The translations under genes were made by a program, and so were the position numbers. A stretch of 64,000 nucleotides of DNA from Eledone cirrhosa (lineage: Eukaryota), in the NCBI GenBank assembly GCA_964016885.1, contig OZ024742.1, positions 271,250,001 through 271,314,000 on the forward strand, in the 5' to 3' direction. Positions 51,301 to 64,000 of this stretch are shown piece after piece. Below the pieces are notes generated by a model. The model made no database searches. It was not told the DNA's origin and saw nothing but the letters and a program-made list of their open reading frames with translations. The stretch's first letter is position 1. The number at the start of each line of letters is the position of its first letter.

Positions 51301-54262
51301 ACGTGCCGGAAATGACATGTTTAGCTTCCAGTAACCAGGTCCTAACCTACGCGTTTTATCTAGGTCGACCATACAGATCACAAACTTGTGATCTGAATAG
51401 GCGACCGTTTCAAAACGTGGACAGCTTACACTATTTCTGTCTATTTTCCTAATGAATATCCTGTCTATATACGATCTAGATGACCCTATGCGGTTAGCCC
51501 AGGTCCACACTGGCGCATGAGGGAATTCTAGTCGGTACCTGTCAGACAGTTGGAACTGGCTGATCAGGTTCCTGAGGCTTTTGCACCCCCCGCTCCTATC
51601 GGATACTACCACACAGACCCAGCTTGCGTCTAAGATGCCGTTCCAGTCCCCCGCTAACAGTAAAGGGCGAGAGGTACCCAGAAAGGCTTCCAGGCGTCTA
51701 AAGAAGTCCGGCCGTTTTGCCCCAGTAGGAGCATAGACGGCCACCAGTCTAAAGGCACCACCTTCATTATTGTTCACGTCCTGGACCACCAACTTCCCGT
51801 CCGGGTCCCGGAAGATCGACCTTACCTCGAGATCCAGGCCTTTCCTAAACAGCACAGCCACCACGCCTCCCATTCCCGGCCGGCTAACAGATGCAAAGAT
51901 CTGATAGTCGTCGAAAATGGGGGCTAGTACGCGCGTGTCGGAAATCTTGGTCTCACTGACTGCAATTACATCCATTTCTATAGACCTGAGTTCGTTGAGC
52001 AGGTGACCCTGCTTCCAGGACGATCCCAGATCTCGAACATTTAAACATCCTACTCTTAATACGGCCATGTTGGCAGGTTAAACATAGAGCGGGGAAGGTT
52101 TACTTACCTTCCAGGCTCTTGTGATGGTCGGGTTGTTCGACCTCCATAGTTAGTGGGGTTTCTCTTGGGAACCCCTTTAAATGTATTGAAGTGGGTTTTA
52201 TGTTCGGGGTTCCCACGTCCCGAGGAAAGCTGTCTCGTATTTCTTTAAATATGTCGAGCGACATTCGCACCAGAACCAAATCTTCTGGCACGCGAAATGT
52301 GCTCGATTTAAAAATTTCCCCCTCTTTTTGTATATTTTCACTTCGTGCTACGAGGGCCATCAGTTCCTTGTTGGCCCTCCTGACGAGCACACAGTGTTGT
52401 ATGTTTTGTTGGTGTGATTTTATTGTTTGCGTGGCTGTGGTGGTGATGGTTTTGGTGGTGTTGTTTCGGTTGTATCTATGTTTGTTGTGAGTGCGGTGTC
52501 TGTGGTTTCAGATGTTTGTGTATATTTGTTCTTGCGTCTCGTTCGGTTGTTTGCGTTTGTGGAATTCTGGTGATGGTGATGGTGGTGTTGATGTTGATGT
52601 TATTGGAGAGATGTTTGCGTGGGTGGTGTCTGCGTTTTTTATTGTGGGTGCTTTTGTGATTTGTTGAGTTTTTCTTTTCTTTTTTGTGTTTCCTTTTTTG
52701 TATTTTGGTGTATTTTGGATTTCCCTCATTTTCACTACTGGTAGATGAGGGGTCTGTGTTTGTAAGTGTGTCTGTATGTATGTTTATGGTTTTATTGGTT
52801 TATGTATTTTTTTTTTGGGGGGGGGGGGTTGACAGCTTTTTCCTCCTTTCGCCCCTGGGAGGTCAATGTTGTTGGTGGTTTTGCCGGTGCTGGTGATGGT
52901 TGTGGTCCTCGCCCCGGCGTCGGCAGCAGTGGAGATTTTCGACCCCTTGCCTCTTTCAGCAGTTGAGGGCGGAAGGCTCGCAAATGGGTTTTTTCCCCAC
53001 AAACAAAACACTGCGGCCTGTTGCCTTCGGTCATAATGTGAATGACCGTCCCATTCTGCAGGCGGATGTGGTCTGGGATTGTCTTCACATTCTCCGGCCT
53101 GATCTGGAGAAGGATCTCCAGGTCAACCCCAGACCAATCCTCTCTAGCCGTTCCGGTAACTTCTATAGGGATTGTATCCGTCCCTTCCACAATCACACAT
53201 CCCAGAAGCCACCACATGTCAAGTCCTGGTGGGATTCTGGGAATGCGGAGATGGGCCGTTTTTTTTTCCAATTTTGGAGTGGTACATCATGACCTTGCTG
53301 GTTTTGCAAGGAGTCATAGCGTGTTTCATAGCGACGGCTTCTGACTTGAAACAACACCGAAATGGTGCCGTACTGTCTGCCCCTCTCTATGTACTGGGTG
53401 TCTTCTCTGATGCACCTCAGCGCGGCTTTGACATCTTCTTGTGAGATTAAAGCTGCCCTTTTGGTTTGTGCTGAGATGCATCTATAATGCACCGTTTTGC
53501 GCTTCACTGCCTCAATAGCTTCTACCGGGACAGTTAAGTTGGCCCAAGTCTGCTCTTGCTTGATGAGCTTCCATGCCAGGGCCAACTTTTCATCTTTGTT
53601 TGAGAGGTCCATGTTGAAGCATGGCCTCTTTTTGCTGCTGACGCAGCGAAAGTGTTCTTCTTGTTTTCGTTGGGGGTGTTGTTGTCGTTGTTCTTGTTGG
53701 TGTTGTTGTTAGCACTGTCGCTGTTATCATTGTTGTCTTTGTGCCACCGTTGTTCTAGGTGCAGTTGGTATTGTTGCTGTTGGTGTTGTCGCTATTTGTT
53801 TTAATGGTAGTGGTGTTGATATTGTTGTTGTATTTGTTTTGTTTTTTTTTGTTATCTGTATTTTCGTTGTCGCTGTTACTGTTATTTCTTTCAAAATTAG
53901 AGTTCTTATTGGTATCATTGGTGTCTTTGTTTACCTTGTTTGTGGTGGTTTTTTGTGTTATCAATGTGTGTTAATTTCGCTGTAGCGCTCCTCTCAACTT
54001 CTACGTCGTTGTCGCACGACAGCCGACATATCGCTGGGGGGGCGTGGCTCAGCCATGTTTTTTTTTCTTCGTAAATTATTTAACATGAAAAAAAAACTAC
54101 AAATATTTGGGCCAAATGGCCCAAATATTATACTTTCCCCTTCACGGGGCAAAGTCTAAGGGCTTATATCCCTTACACAAAAAGACATTTTTAACAACAA
54201 ATAATTTTAACAGGCAAATAAAGCGACTTACTGTGAGCGAGCAAAATACGTCCGCTTAGACC
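48370..54262 (-). mobile_element. Full-length but frameshifted Tx1-type LINE (second subfamily)
   Basis: ORF1 fragments with CFVCGEKTHLRAF; APE at 51256-52068; RT fragments including AYADD; 3' end GGCCCTTGTGGCCAATAAATGAAATCATT; 5' end GGTCTAAGCGG abuts (AAT)n. Confidence 0.94.
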
Positions 54263-54299
<37 letters not shown>

Positions 54300-54501
54300 T
54301 GTACTATCTCAAAAAGTTTCCAAGGATGGTTAAAGAAGATTTGTCTAGCCCGCTTTTTGGAACACTTAAAAAGGCATGCTTGCTGGGAACAGCAAGAAAC
54401 CTCCGATACGTCCTGAATGTCTGAGGCTGCAGGTAGTGGCTTGATATTAATTTCAACAAACTTTCCAGTTAAATAATATCAATGAGTGAAACTAAAAAAA
54501 C
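54300..54501 (+). mobile_element. 3' tip of Dong family A
   Basis: Matches 11824-12023; (AAT)n tracts at 54263-54298 and 54502-54546. Confidence 0.9.
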
Positions 54502-54546
<45 letters not shown>

Positions 54547-54548
54547 TA

Positions 54549-55581
54549 TGATTTCTTTATTGACCACAAGGGCTAATATGAAGAAATCATTACAGACGGC
54601 ACAGAACGATACAAAGTGGGTTTTGGCCGTGTAAAATTGTTACAACAAGAAGTAAGAAATGTGTAAAAACAAATAAAACTAGGTCAAACAACAATAATCC
54701 ACCCCCCCAAGTGGGAAACCTCCGAGGGTCAGAGGGGTGAAAACCACCGCCAGCAGGGCAAGCCCACTCTCTCAGTTTTCCCACTCCTCAGTCTACAGGT
54801 CCATACTCACAACGGTTAGGCGGTAGCAGATGACGGATGCGATGAATGCATTCGTCACCTCTGCTCGATCTTTCAGGGATAGCTTCCTCTTGGCCCATTT
54901 CTGGGTAAGATGCCACCCTGCTCGCCTCCTCGCTCACGTTGTTCTGCATCTCGTGGTCTGGACCGAACTAGACCCTGAGCAATTTAACCGATCCTTCCGT
55001 CCAGCGCCCGACGGCGCTGTAGGGATGCAATGACTTGCTTCTCCAGGTGCGGAGTTGCAAGACCACCGTCTTTTCCTAGTTTAACTTTGCTCCTGTCACT
55101 GCTTCGTATTCCTTGAGGGCGATGCCAAGCATCTGGACGTGAACAGTGCTTGACACGACGACGGTGACGTTGTCGGCGTAAGCCATCACTGATATCCCAC
55201 ACCCCACTTCACGTGGGACGACTCTTATCGCCTCCAATGTGTGCAGTAACGGGTCTCGGGCCAATGTGTACAAGAGCGACGAGAGGGGACAACACTGGCG
55301 GACCGAGCCTACGATGCTGAAAGGCTGTGACAGACGACCGTTCACCATCTCAACTGAGCAGATGTCGCTGTGCATCGCAGCAATCCATCTTCTGAAACTG
55401 GGCCCGAAACCAGCCGCTTCGAAGACCGCCGCCAAGGTACCGATGGTCGACCTTATCAAATGCCTTAGATTCATCCAAGTTGATCAGGGCCCCACCCGAG
55501 TCAGGTTCCTTAACCACCCTCGCTATGATGTATCGCATGAGGTGGAGGTTGTCGTGGATGGATCTGTCTGGTATGGCGAAG
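54549..55581 (-). mobile_element. Tx1-type fragment with an internal ~1 kb deletion
   Basis: 3'UTR joined at ~54810 to the RT C-terminal region; LDESKAFDKVDH and AYADN. Confidence 0.88.
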
Positions 55582-57385
55582 GTTGACATAAAGTATAACA
55601 TTAAGGTCATCACAGGACGGCACAGGATGGTACAAATGGGCATTTCTGCGTGTTTAGAAAAAAAGATCCAAAAAACAAACACACAAAGAATATGACAAAA
55701 AAAAATAGTGGAATATTCCCCAATAGGGGGAGAATTCCGTGGGACATTCGTTGAGAAAGCCCACAAAAAAAGCCACGTTTACCCTGACCTGTAAGGCAAG
55801 AGCCCTCTTCCACCGTTCCTCCTACGATGCTACAGGCACACGCTCAGGGTAGGCCCATTCACACGGGCCATTCCTGTTTCTCTCATCCACCTTTCAACAC
55901 ATTGTTTGGAAGGCAGCATTTCCCGCTCCACCCTGATTTTCCTTTTCAGTTGAAACCTAAAAAAAAGATAATGAGGCCTTCACCGAAGCGGAAATACCAT
56001 CTTCAACCCTTTCAGACGTGTCCACCATACGATCTATTCTACCATGGCCACAAGGCAGATAAAATCTGCCTGCTCTTCCCGGCTAAAGGAAGACGGTGGG
56101 GAAATCGTCACGATAGAATCAGCTGATAACCGGATCCGTCCTACACGTGACAGCAAGTGTTCGACAAATACTCACAAGTCAGCAATGCACGGCCACTGGA
56201 CGAGTGCGAGTCGGACGGTTTCGTCGATCTGCGCACTTCTCGGACAGCCCCAACTGACGGCACTTCCATGCCTGTTCAGTTTATCCCGAACTGGCAATGC
56301 TTCTCGGTAGCACTACCAGGCCAGGGATTTCTGGAAGTTGTCCATGGGCCCCGAACTGTAAGTTCTCTCGAAGAGATTGGATAGTTGATTTTTGTCGAAG
56401 CCCAGATTCTCCCCAAGGACGTCGTCGCTCTTTCGTTCCACTAAACATCTATAGAACGCCATGCTGGAGTTTCCACCAAACACATTGCCAAACTGATCCA
56501 GGGTTCTAAGTGCCTGAAAACAATCCAGTCAGCAAGCGCTCCATCTTGGTCTTCGCTTGATCCAGGATTTCAGCTCTGTCGATGAGACGAGCTGGGGAAA
56601 CACGCGTCAAGCAAACGGCGACACCTGATAACCGTCGAGGAAACGGTAGAAAGTGCCGTAGCCTGAGCCCATGTCTGCGCATCATCAGCCATAGTATGCC
56701 AAGCCCCCCGCCTAGCTGGTGTGGATAGCAGATGGACCGCCTGATCATCGGAGCGCGTCCCTTCCACAAAAAGCGAAAGAGAAAATGCTCCAGCGCAGTC
56801 AGGCGAGGCTTAGTACAAGGCACGATGCTCAGGCGGTAGTAAATGACGGACGCGATGTACGGGTCGCCACCTCCGCTCGACATTTCAGGGACTGCTTCCT
56901 CTCGACTCATTTCTGGGTGAGAGAGGGCAACCTGCACGTCACCTCGTGACAGCTTTTGTACGTCTGGAAGTCCGGACTGAAATATGCCCCTAGCAATTTA
57001 ACCGGCCCTGAACCGAATGTCCTCCGGAAGACAATAGCTAGTTGGCTTTCGTCTACAGTCAGAGTTTCAACAAGGACGTCATCCCTCTCTGCCCTCCACT
57101 AACCTTCTATATAAACCATGGTGAATTTTCCATTGCTCGTAAAGCCCAATTGGCAAAGGACGGTGAATCCTTCGAGACATTTAAGTTTCCAAGCGCTCCC
57201 TTTCGGCCTGCGCTTCTCCCAGGATTGCAGCTCAGCTTAGGAGACGAGCTGAGTAAAAAGGTGGGAAGCGAAAGGCGAAAACACCTAATCACCGCTCGGG
57301 GATATCTGGGGATGTCTTAGTTTCAGTGAATATATGTGCATCATCAGCCACTGCATGCCCCACGTAGAGGGGGCTGACAACAGTT
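55582..57385 (-). mobile_element. Decayed Tx1-type 3' fragment, followed by a more diverged repeat of part of it (57010-57385)
   Basis: Colinear with 12200-13620; YIASVIYYRL..RFLWKGRAPM..GGLGILW. Confidence 0.85.
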
Positions 57386-57399
57386 GAACTGTCTGAAAG

Positions 57400-57895
57400 G
57401 GTTGCTGAAAATGAAAACCCAACTGGAACGGTTACTGAAAATAAATAGTAGAAGTTCTCATGGGGCATGTCCATCCAGTGGGACTATTTTATCCTGGCTA
57501 GAAAGCCTGACCTTGTGTTCGTAGAAAAGTAGAATAGCAATGTATGTATTGTGGATATTGCTTCAACGTGGGACTATGGGGTGAATCAGAAGGAAATTGA
57601 AAATGTTGAGACATACTAGGAGCAGAAGAGAGAGATCTGGAAACTATGGAGCATGAGACATAAAAATGTTGGACTGATTGTGGTTGGCACAGAAGTTTGG
57701 ATCCATGGCTTGAGATGCTAGGAATTATCATCAGGATAGGATTGTTGCAGAAAACAGACCTCCTCGAAACAAGGATGGTGAGTGTTTGAAAGTTGAAGAA
57801 GAGGGAATGACCCAAAGGACATTTGGCCATTGTCTATGACTCGCTCTTTTGGTATAGTGTCGGTATAACATCTCAAAGAACAAAATCATTACGAA
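57400..57895 (+). mobile_element. Decayed 3' end of a third REL-type (R4/Dong-like) family
   Basis: Plus strand reads ..WGMSIQWDYFILARKPDLVFVEK*NSNVCIVDIASTWD..KEIENVETY*..REIWKLW..IVVG..LLQKTDLLET. Confidence 0.72.
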
Positions 57896-57905
57896 TGATA
57901 AAAAT

Positions 57906-58082
57906 TGCTTCTACTTTTGGTACAAGGCCAGCAATTATCCCAGTGCATTACTCGTGCTTTATTTTATTGACCTCGTATGGATGAAAGTCAACCTCGGCAG
58001 GATTGGAACTCAGAACGTAAATGGCCGTAACTTTTTGCTGCAAAGCATGGCGTCCAACCCTCTACCGATACTGCCAATCCTC
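57906..58082 (-). mobile_element. tRNA-type SINE, same family as 23550-23730
   Basis: Colinear, including the B box and the ttctacttttggtacaaggccagc tail. Confidence 0.82.
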
Positions 58083-59399
58083 AATTGCCAAATAGATATC
58101 GTAGCCACAAAAGTCGATGGTTGTAATAAATAGAAATACTATTCAAGTGGATTTAATTTACGAAAGGTGTTATAATAATGATTATAACAATTACAGCGAT
58201 GTTTATTGTGATGGAGATGAAAATGCTGATGAAGGTCATCATGATGACAATGGTGTTAAATGATTAGGGGGACGAAGATGTTTGTTAATATGATTATGAT
58301 GAGGTGGAGGATGATGATGATGAAGATGATGATGAGAAAATATTGAGTAGGGTGAGCAGGGTATTGATACAATTGACGAAGACTGCATTGATGATAACGT
58401 TTAATACGAGACTATTATTATAATTTGGGGAGGAATTAGCAGAGTTATTGCTGTGCCGTATTACATTTCTGGCGGTTTTCTTTCTCCAATCTAAGTTCAA
58501 ATTCCGACAAGGTCCACCTCACGTTTCAGTAGATAATTCAAGTATGAATCCAGTTTATTGGCAGGTATTTTAGGTCTCGTAAAATCACTTCCCATGCATG
58601 CTTCTTGTAGAAGGTGGACCGAGTTGATAACTTTCTAATAAACTCAATCAAGCTTGGCTTAGGATTTCAAATTTGTATCAAGAAAAACAGGTTTATAACA
58701 ACAGACTAAACATTGGACAGGATAATCCATTTCCAGGCCGACGCATTACTAAACATACATACATAACTGCATATAGAGGGGCTTGTAAATAGGCAGATGT
58801 AGGGTATGAAATAATAAACGTATTTTACATAATGCACTGCAGATACTGGAATATAAGTTACACTTTTACATAGCATGATCTTTCTTCTTGTTTTTTTTCA
58901 TAATAGTTATTCACATATGTTTTAGCATGTTAGCACATTATGTATAAGAGTTATATATTCCGTTTAAAATAACCTCCTCATATCTCACACTATTACTCTA
59001 CACACGGCTACATCAAATTGTGAGTCAAATAGAATTATTATTTAAGTGCCCAAATAATGCCATTATAAGCATACTCTACATAACTACATAAACTACACCT
59101 TAATGCTATAATAACTCACAGTTTCCCGATACATCAATGTCATTACCAGGGCAGTGGATGAATTACTAAACATTACATTTATATATGAAATGTATACGCA
59201 TATCATTAGACGATAAAACACAAATTATTTATATCGGTTTCGGAATTATATATAACCAGTCTTATTTTATATACTGTTTACTGATTAAGTAATTTTGTTT
59301 GATTTTGAAAACAACTCCAGTCTACAGGTCGAGTCAAGGATTCTATGTAGGGTGTACTGGTCTCAAATGGGTAGGGAATCATTGTTTAAACGATGATAC

Positions 59400-59453
59400 G
59401 TGTATATATGTATGTTCACACATACATGCATACATATATACATACACACACGC

Positions 59454-59517
<64 letters not shown>
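59400..59517. repeat. (TA)n-rich microsatellite
   Basis: Directly visible. Confidence 0.95.
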
Positions 59518-59520
<3 letters not shown>

Positions 59521-59704
59521 TAAACGGAAAAGAAAATGCTGACAAATTGTTTACAGTGAAAAATAGTTTAATTAGGAATAAGTGAGAATTAGTAATAGTA
59601 ATGGTTAGTATTCAGTTTTGGTTTTAAGTTTTACCGGTTGCGCATTTCTAATGGTTTTCAAAAATAATTTTGAGATAGAGCGTCCGTGATGTTTGCTCTA
59701 ATCT

Positions 59705-60740
59705 GTATACCAGATAGAAAAATGCGTACAGCAAAAAAAAGTAATATTGTTGGAATATAAACCTTTAAAAATACAGGACAAGAAACTAAAATAATATTTT
59801 AAAAGAATAGGACAAGAAACTAAGATAAAACTTTAAAGAATTGGACAAGAAATAAAAAAATGTTACAATAATATTAATGGCAACATTTTTATTGGTAAAA
59901 AATCGAGTTCCACATTCATAGGCTCTGGGTTCCACATTCATAGGTCGTCGTCAGACCGGGGGGATCATTTGATCCTGGTTTGAACACCAATTGGGCCATA
60001 ACCATACCCCTATTTCATCATTCGGCGACACGCCGCATGGGTCATACATAATGTGAATGGACCCATGGGCCCATGTGCACAGATCTTGAGCAGCAGCGGA
60101 CGGTCTTGTCGTCCCGCTCATCCTTGATCTTGACCAACCCGTCCATCTTCTCCTTGCATCTTGTCCTTGAGTTCAAATCCGGAAGTCCAGATGAATGCGT
60201 GCCACAGTTTTCTGGTACAGGAAGGGGGAGCAGGAGGACTGGAGGGATGACGGGACAGAGGGAGGGAGGACCGGTGGTTGAGGGAGGTGCCGTATTCGGT
60301 GGTCAGAGTCGACATCTTGTCCCGGTGGTCTTCTCCATCTTCGTCTGGTGTTGCGGGACCAGAAGTGCATTCTTGGAGGAGACCTGCAGCTCCATCGGCC
60401 AATTCTTCTTGCACTGGTCATTCTGACGGAGCAGAACTGCTCAGCCAACCAACCCCAACCAGAACCAACCGCTCAGGGGCAACGCACAATGAGAGCATGT
60501 CAATTATTATGCACTAATCAAGAAGATACTGGGGGATAGCAACGGAAACGAATAAAAACATTTTGCCACTAATATTATTGTACATTTTTTTATTTCTTGT
60601 CCAATTCTTTAAAGTTTTATCTTAGTTTCTTGTCCTATTCTTTTAAAGTTTTATTTTAGTTTCTTGTCCTGTAGTTTTAAAGGTTTATATTCCAACAATA
60701 TTACTTTTTTTTGCTGTACGCATTTTTCTATCTGGTCTAC
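59705..60740. mobile_element. Foldback-type element: ~185 bp AT-rich inverted repeats around a GC-richer ~660 bp core
   Basis: 59709-59893 is the reverse complement of 60551-60736 with few differences; each arm has three ggacaagaaa subrepeats. Confidence 0.8.
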
Positions 60741-61699
60741 TATTTTTTAAGGCAATGCAAGCAACAACTATCTAATAATTAAATGATCATAGTGAATTAC
60801 TGACAAGTGATTGACATTTTAAAGTTCTTTTGAATATAATTGCAATCTAGTTGAGGCAACTGGCTTAATGACAAAGCTAGTAAATCATGAATGCATTTGA
60901 GATGATTAGTGCATAATAGTGAATTGGTGAAACTTGTGCATTTCAATGGTGTTACGGATAAAAACTGATACTGCTGTCTACGACCGTTATATAGGATTGT
61001 CATGTTTCTCTGTATCTGCAATGTGGGTATACAAAATAAGAATTATGATATTAACTTTTATTTAAAATCCCCCAAAATGCTGTGCATGAAAACTTCAAAA
61101 AGTAATTCTATTTCTATTGATGACCTTTTAGTTGCTCATACTAATTTTGTAAAAGATTTCAAGCCAATAATCACAATGATCTGGTATAATTTCCCAGATA
61201 TCATGTGGACACCGCGAACCAAAAATGGTCACATGATATCTGGATGGCTCCTAAGCATCCCCTCCACATGGCGGGGACATGGGTCATCATCGTGGAGCAC
61301 TCACCTATTTTTAAAATATTAGACTATGATAAATGAATGTAGTTAAAAATACAATTTGAAATATATTAGATAATAGAGAGAGACGCGTAATTACCTCCCC
61401 TTGTATTTACCTAGTAATTACCTCCCCTAGCGTCGCGCTTACTACTCACTCACTTGAACACAAGATTTATCAGCAAACTTTGATTATAAACTTTTTCCCG
61501 CTGGACCAAATTTCTAGATTTTTTAAGACAAAAGATGCGTAATGATCTACTGTTCATGCTCATATAAGTTTTATCTCAGTTAAATAAAGTAGAGCCGGGC
61601 TGTACTGCCGTAAACAGACGATTGCCAACGAAAACATGACCACAACAATATTACTAAACGGACTACCGTCCGTTTAGGATATATATATATATGTATATG

Positions 61700-61891
61700 T
61701 ATAACAAAGAAGGTGTGGTAATATATCAGGTGGACCATAACACACCAGAGTATTCGATACAGAGGGTAGTAGAGTAGGAAAAGAAACAGGACCCTGACGG
61801 CTGAGCTCTGACAGTTTTGACAGATAGATCCGAACTAAGTGGCTGTAGAAACGACCGGAGCTCAACCGTGGAGGTCCTAACTTTTTTCCTA
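61700..61891. repeat. Diverged, inverted copy of the TA-embedded palindromic element
   Basis: gtggtaa..caggtggaccataa..accagagta..agggtagtagagt..ggaccctgacggctgagctc is the reverse complement of 32270-32378; flanked by (TA)n. Confidence 0.75.
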
Positions 61892-61908
61892 TATATATAT
61901 ATATATAT

Positions 61909-63240
61909 GGAGAAGAAGTTTATGAAATAGAAATGCGGGTATAAAGAATTTATTAGGTAACAATTGTTTCTATAGTGTATGGGTTACCTATACCTCGCTA
62001 TTTGAATAATATAAAAATATTATCATAAACCGAAGGTACACTGTAAGCAAACACACCATGTCGTCAGACCTTTGTATTGGAATGATATGAACATATTTTA
62101 TACACTAGATAAAAGAGAAAGAAGGAGGTAGGAAGAGAAGGGGAAGAGGGAAGTGAGTAAGGTGGAGGGAGTCCTAGGATTTAAGACTGTCAGACTAGTA
62201 GAGATTGTAAGGAGAGAATGTTTTGGCAGCAGTTAGCTTAATGAGGCGTGTTAGGGCTGGCGGGTGAAGTAAATTCTTCTAGTGGTGTTGTTCGGACAAG
62301 ATTTAGTTAAAGGGGTCAAAGTGGTACAGAGTTACAGGCAAGTTATTGGGGCTTTTATAGTAGCAGGTTATTTCTAAAGGGGTCCATAAAACAGTGTTTA
62401 GTACTATTATTACAGAAAGCCATATCTTGTGTATAAATATATAAAACGGTGGTGTAAAAAGGTAACAGTATATGCATTTAAAAAAAGAAAAACTCGTTTT
62501 CAAACGATGGTTACAGTATAGTGAACGTTCAATTTTGCTGTTCAAAAGTTTGTTTACCGACGTTAAAATGCAGTATATCTCCAAATTGCATAATTTGCAG
62601 AATCGATGATTTTGCTTATATGCAGGCGCAGAAGCAATAATTTGCCAATCAAGGGAGAATGCTTGATTGTTCCTCCGGAGCTGCCAGGCTTTATCGGCGA
62701 GGGTTGTTACGGAGCGCATTTTCTCGTGCCTGATCGAAGATCGATGTTGGTATAGGCGAGCTTTGAAAGAAGTTGCGGTACATCCAACGTAATAACATTT
62801 GTTGGTTCCGGAATTTATTGTTCATCGGTAGACAATATTGCGTGCTAGGCACTGGTTATTCATTGGGCACGTACCTGGTTTGGTGCAGTTACAATTATTT
62901 TTATGTTTTGCAGTAGAATCCTGGATAGTTTGGTGGGGTTGTAGTTGCGTGTTAGTGCGTTGTATGTTGCTATGCTGGTGCGCTGAGTCAATAGGGATGT
63001 ACTTATTTAGTATTGCTGAGTTGAGTTTTTTAATTAGTTGTTCTATGTTAGGTGCAGTGGAGTATGAGAGTCTAATGGTGCGCGAGTTAAAGATTTTATA
63101 GTATTTATGTGAAGTTGTAAAGTGTTTATTGATTAGTGTATAGAATTGTGAGATAATCTTAGGTAACCCATACACTATAGAAACAATTGTTACCTAATAA
63201 ATTCTTTATACCCGCATTTCCATTTCATAAACTTCTCCTT
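61909..63240 (-). mobile_element. 5'-truncated Penelope-like element (GIY-YIG endonuclease region) flanked by ~78 bp inverted repeats
   Basis: KIFNSRTIRLSYS..CNC..CPMNNQCLARNIVY..YVG.T..FKAR..H..CKLCNLE..LLNSKIE..CNH is a typical PLE C-terminus. 61913-61990 is the reverse complement of 63160-63236. Confidence 0.85.
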
Positions 63241-64000
63241 ATTTTCTCCGGATTTTAAAACACACTTTATTATACGTTGAGCAATCTCCGACGTCGGTTG
63301 ACTCCATCCAATGCAACTACTTAGTAACATTGGAATACAAATTTACTATATATATATATATATATATATATATTTGATAGTGCTTGTGCATAATGACATA
63401 TATTTAAGTATAATTTATGCAAAGTAAAAGATGACATTTGCTAAACCAGTTGAAAAACATGAAACTTAACATTATTACTAAAACATATGTTATGTCTCTC
63501 CTCAAGAAAGCACTAGAATTCAGTCATGTTTATGTAGAGCTAACTTTATCCATGAAAATACGTTTCGCCACACCTATGCACATATCATTTTAAAATAATC
63601 CTAGCCCATTCGAATTCTTTCTTTTTACCGAATACACTGTAACGTGTGTCATTAGTAAATTTGATTTTATTAAACTTATCAAATTATTTTCAGAAAGAAC
63701 CTAATTTCTAACACTGTGTAACCTAAATTCCATGTGTCCTAATAAATCCCAACATCGACGATAATGTATTCACATGCAAATAAACACATCTGAGACACTA
63801 CTACTTTAATACCAAGTGTATTACTTGGCATTTCTTCCTTAGCAACATTCCTATAAGGTTCGCTTCTTAACGTATTTATTAAAGTATCTGTATGATTTGT
63901 CCATATACATTCATATTCGTTTCAAATTTGCGCATATCTAACGTAGATCTTAATTAGTGATGGCGTTTGTGCAATCAATGTATAAGAATTCCATTGAATT

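Noticed and set aside
59775-59860. Regularly spaced ggacaagaaa repeats resembling a CRISPR array
   Set aside because: Spacers are similar to each other, they are subrepeats of an inverted repeat arm, and the context is eukaryotic with no cas genes.
60073-60539. ORFs in the foldback core as a captured gene
   Set aside because: Short, overlapping on both strands, and without recognisable motifs.
62020-62075. Hammerhead ribozyme core (CTGACGA on the minus strand; also ~59950)
   Set aside because: No properly placed GAAA or stem II could be found, so it is not called.

Overview
Animal (eukaryotic) genomic DNA. The SINE sequences and microsatellite landscape suggest a cephalopod such as Octopus, which is an inference. 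No host gene is supported. Most of 0.5-58 kb is a nest of non-LTR retrotransposons strung on (AAT)n microsatellites. It holds about 13 copies or fragments of Tx1/L1-type elements (ORF1 with a CCHC knuckle, ORF2 APE-RT-CCHC), one of them apparently intact and full length at 12177-18205. It also holds about 10 copies or fragments of R4/Dong-type elements (RT-CCHC-restriction-like endonuclease) from three families. Wherever a tail is visible, Dong-type elements end in (AAT)n and Tx1-type elements end in (ATT)n, so the two sit on opposite strands of the same repeat, including in a block (26.6-31.8 kb) where the polarity is flipped. Also present are tRNA-type SINEs whose 3' end resembles the Tx1 3' end, a CRE-like fragment nested in a Dong copy, and a Penelope-like GIY-YIG fragment flanked by inverted repeats. 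There is also a ~1 kb foldback element, a ~200 bp TA-embedded element with a 124 bp palindrome, and an unclassified ORF1-like repeat in three copies. Boundaries of decayed copies were read by eye and are approximate.
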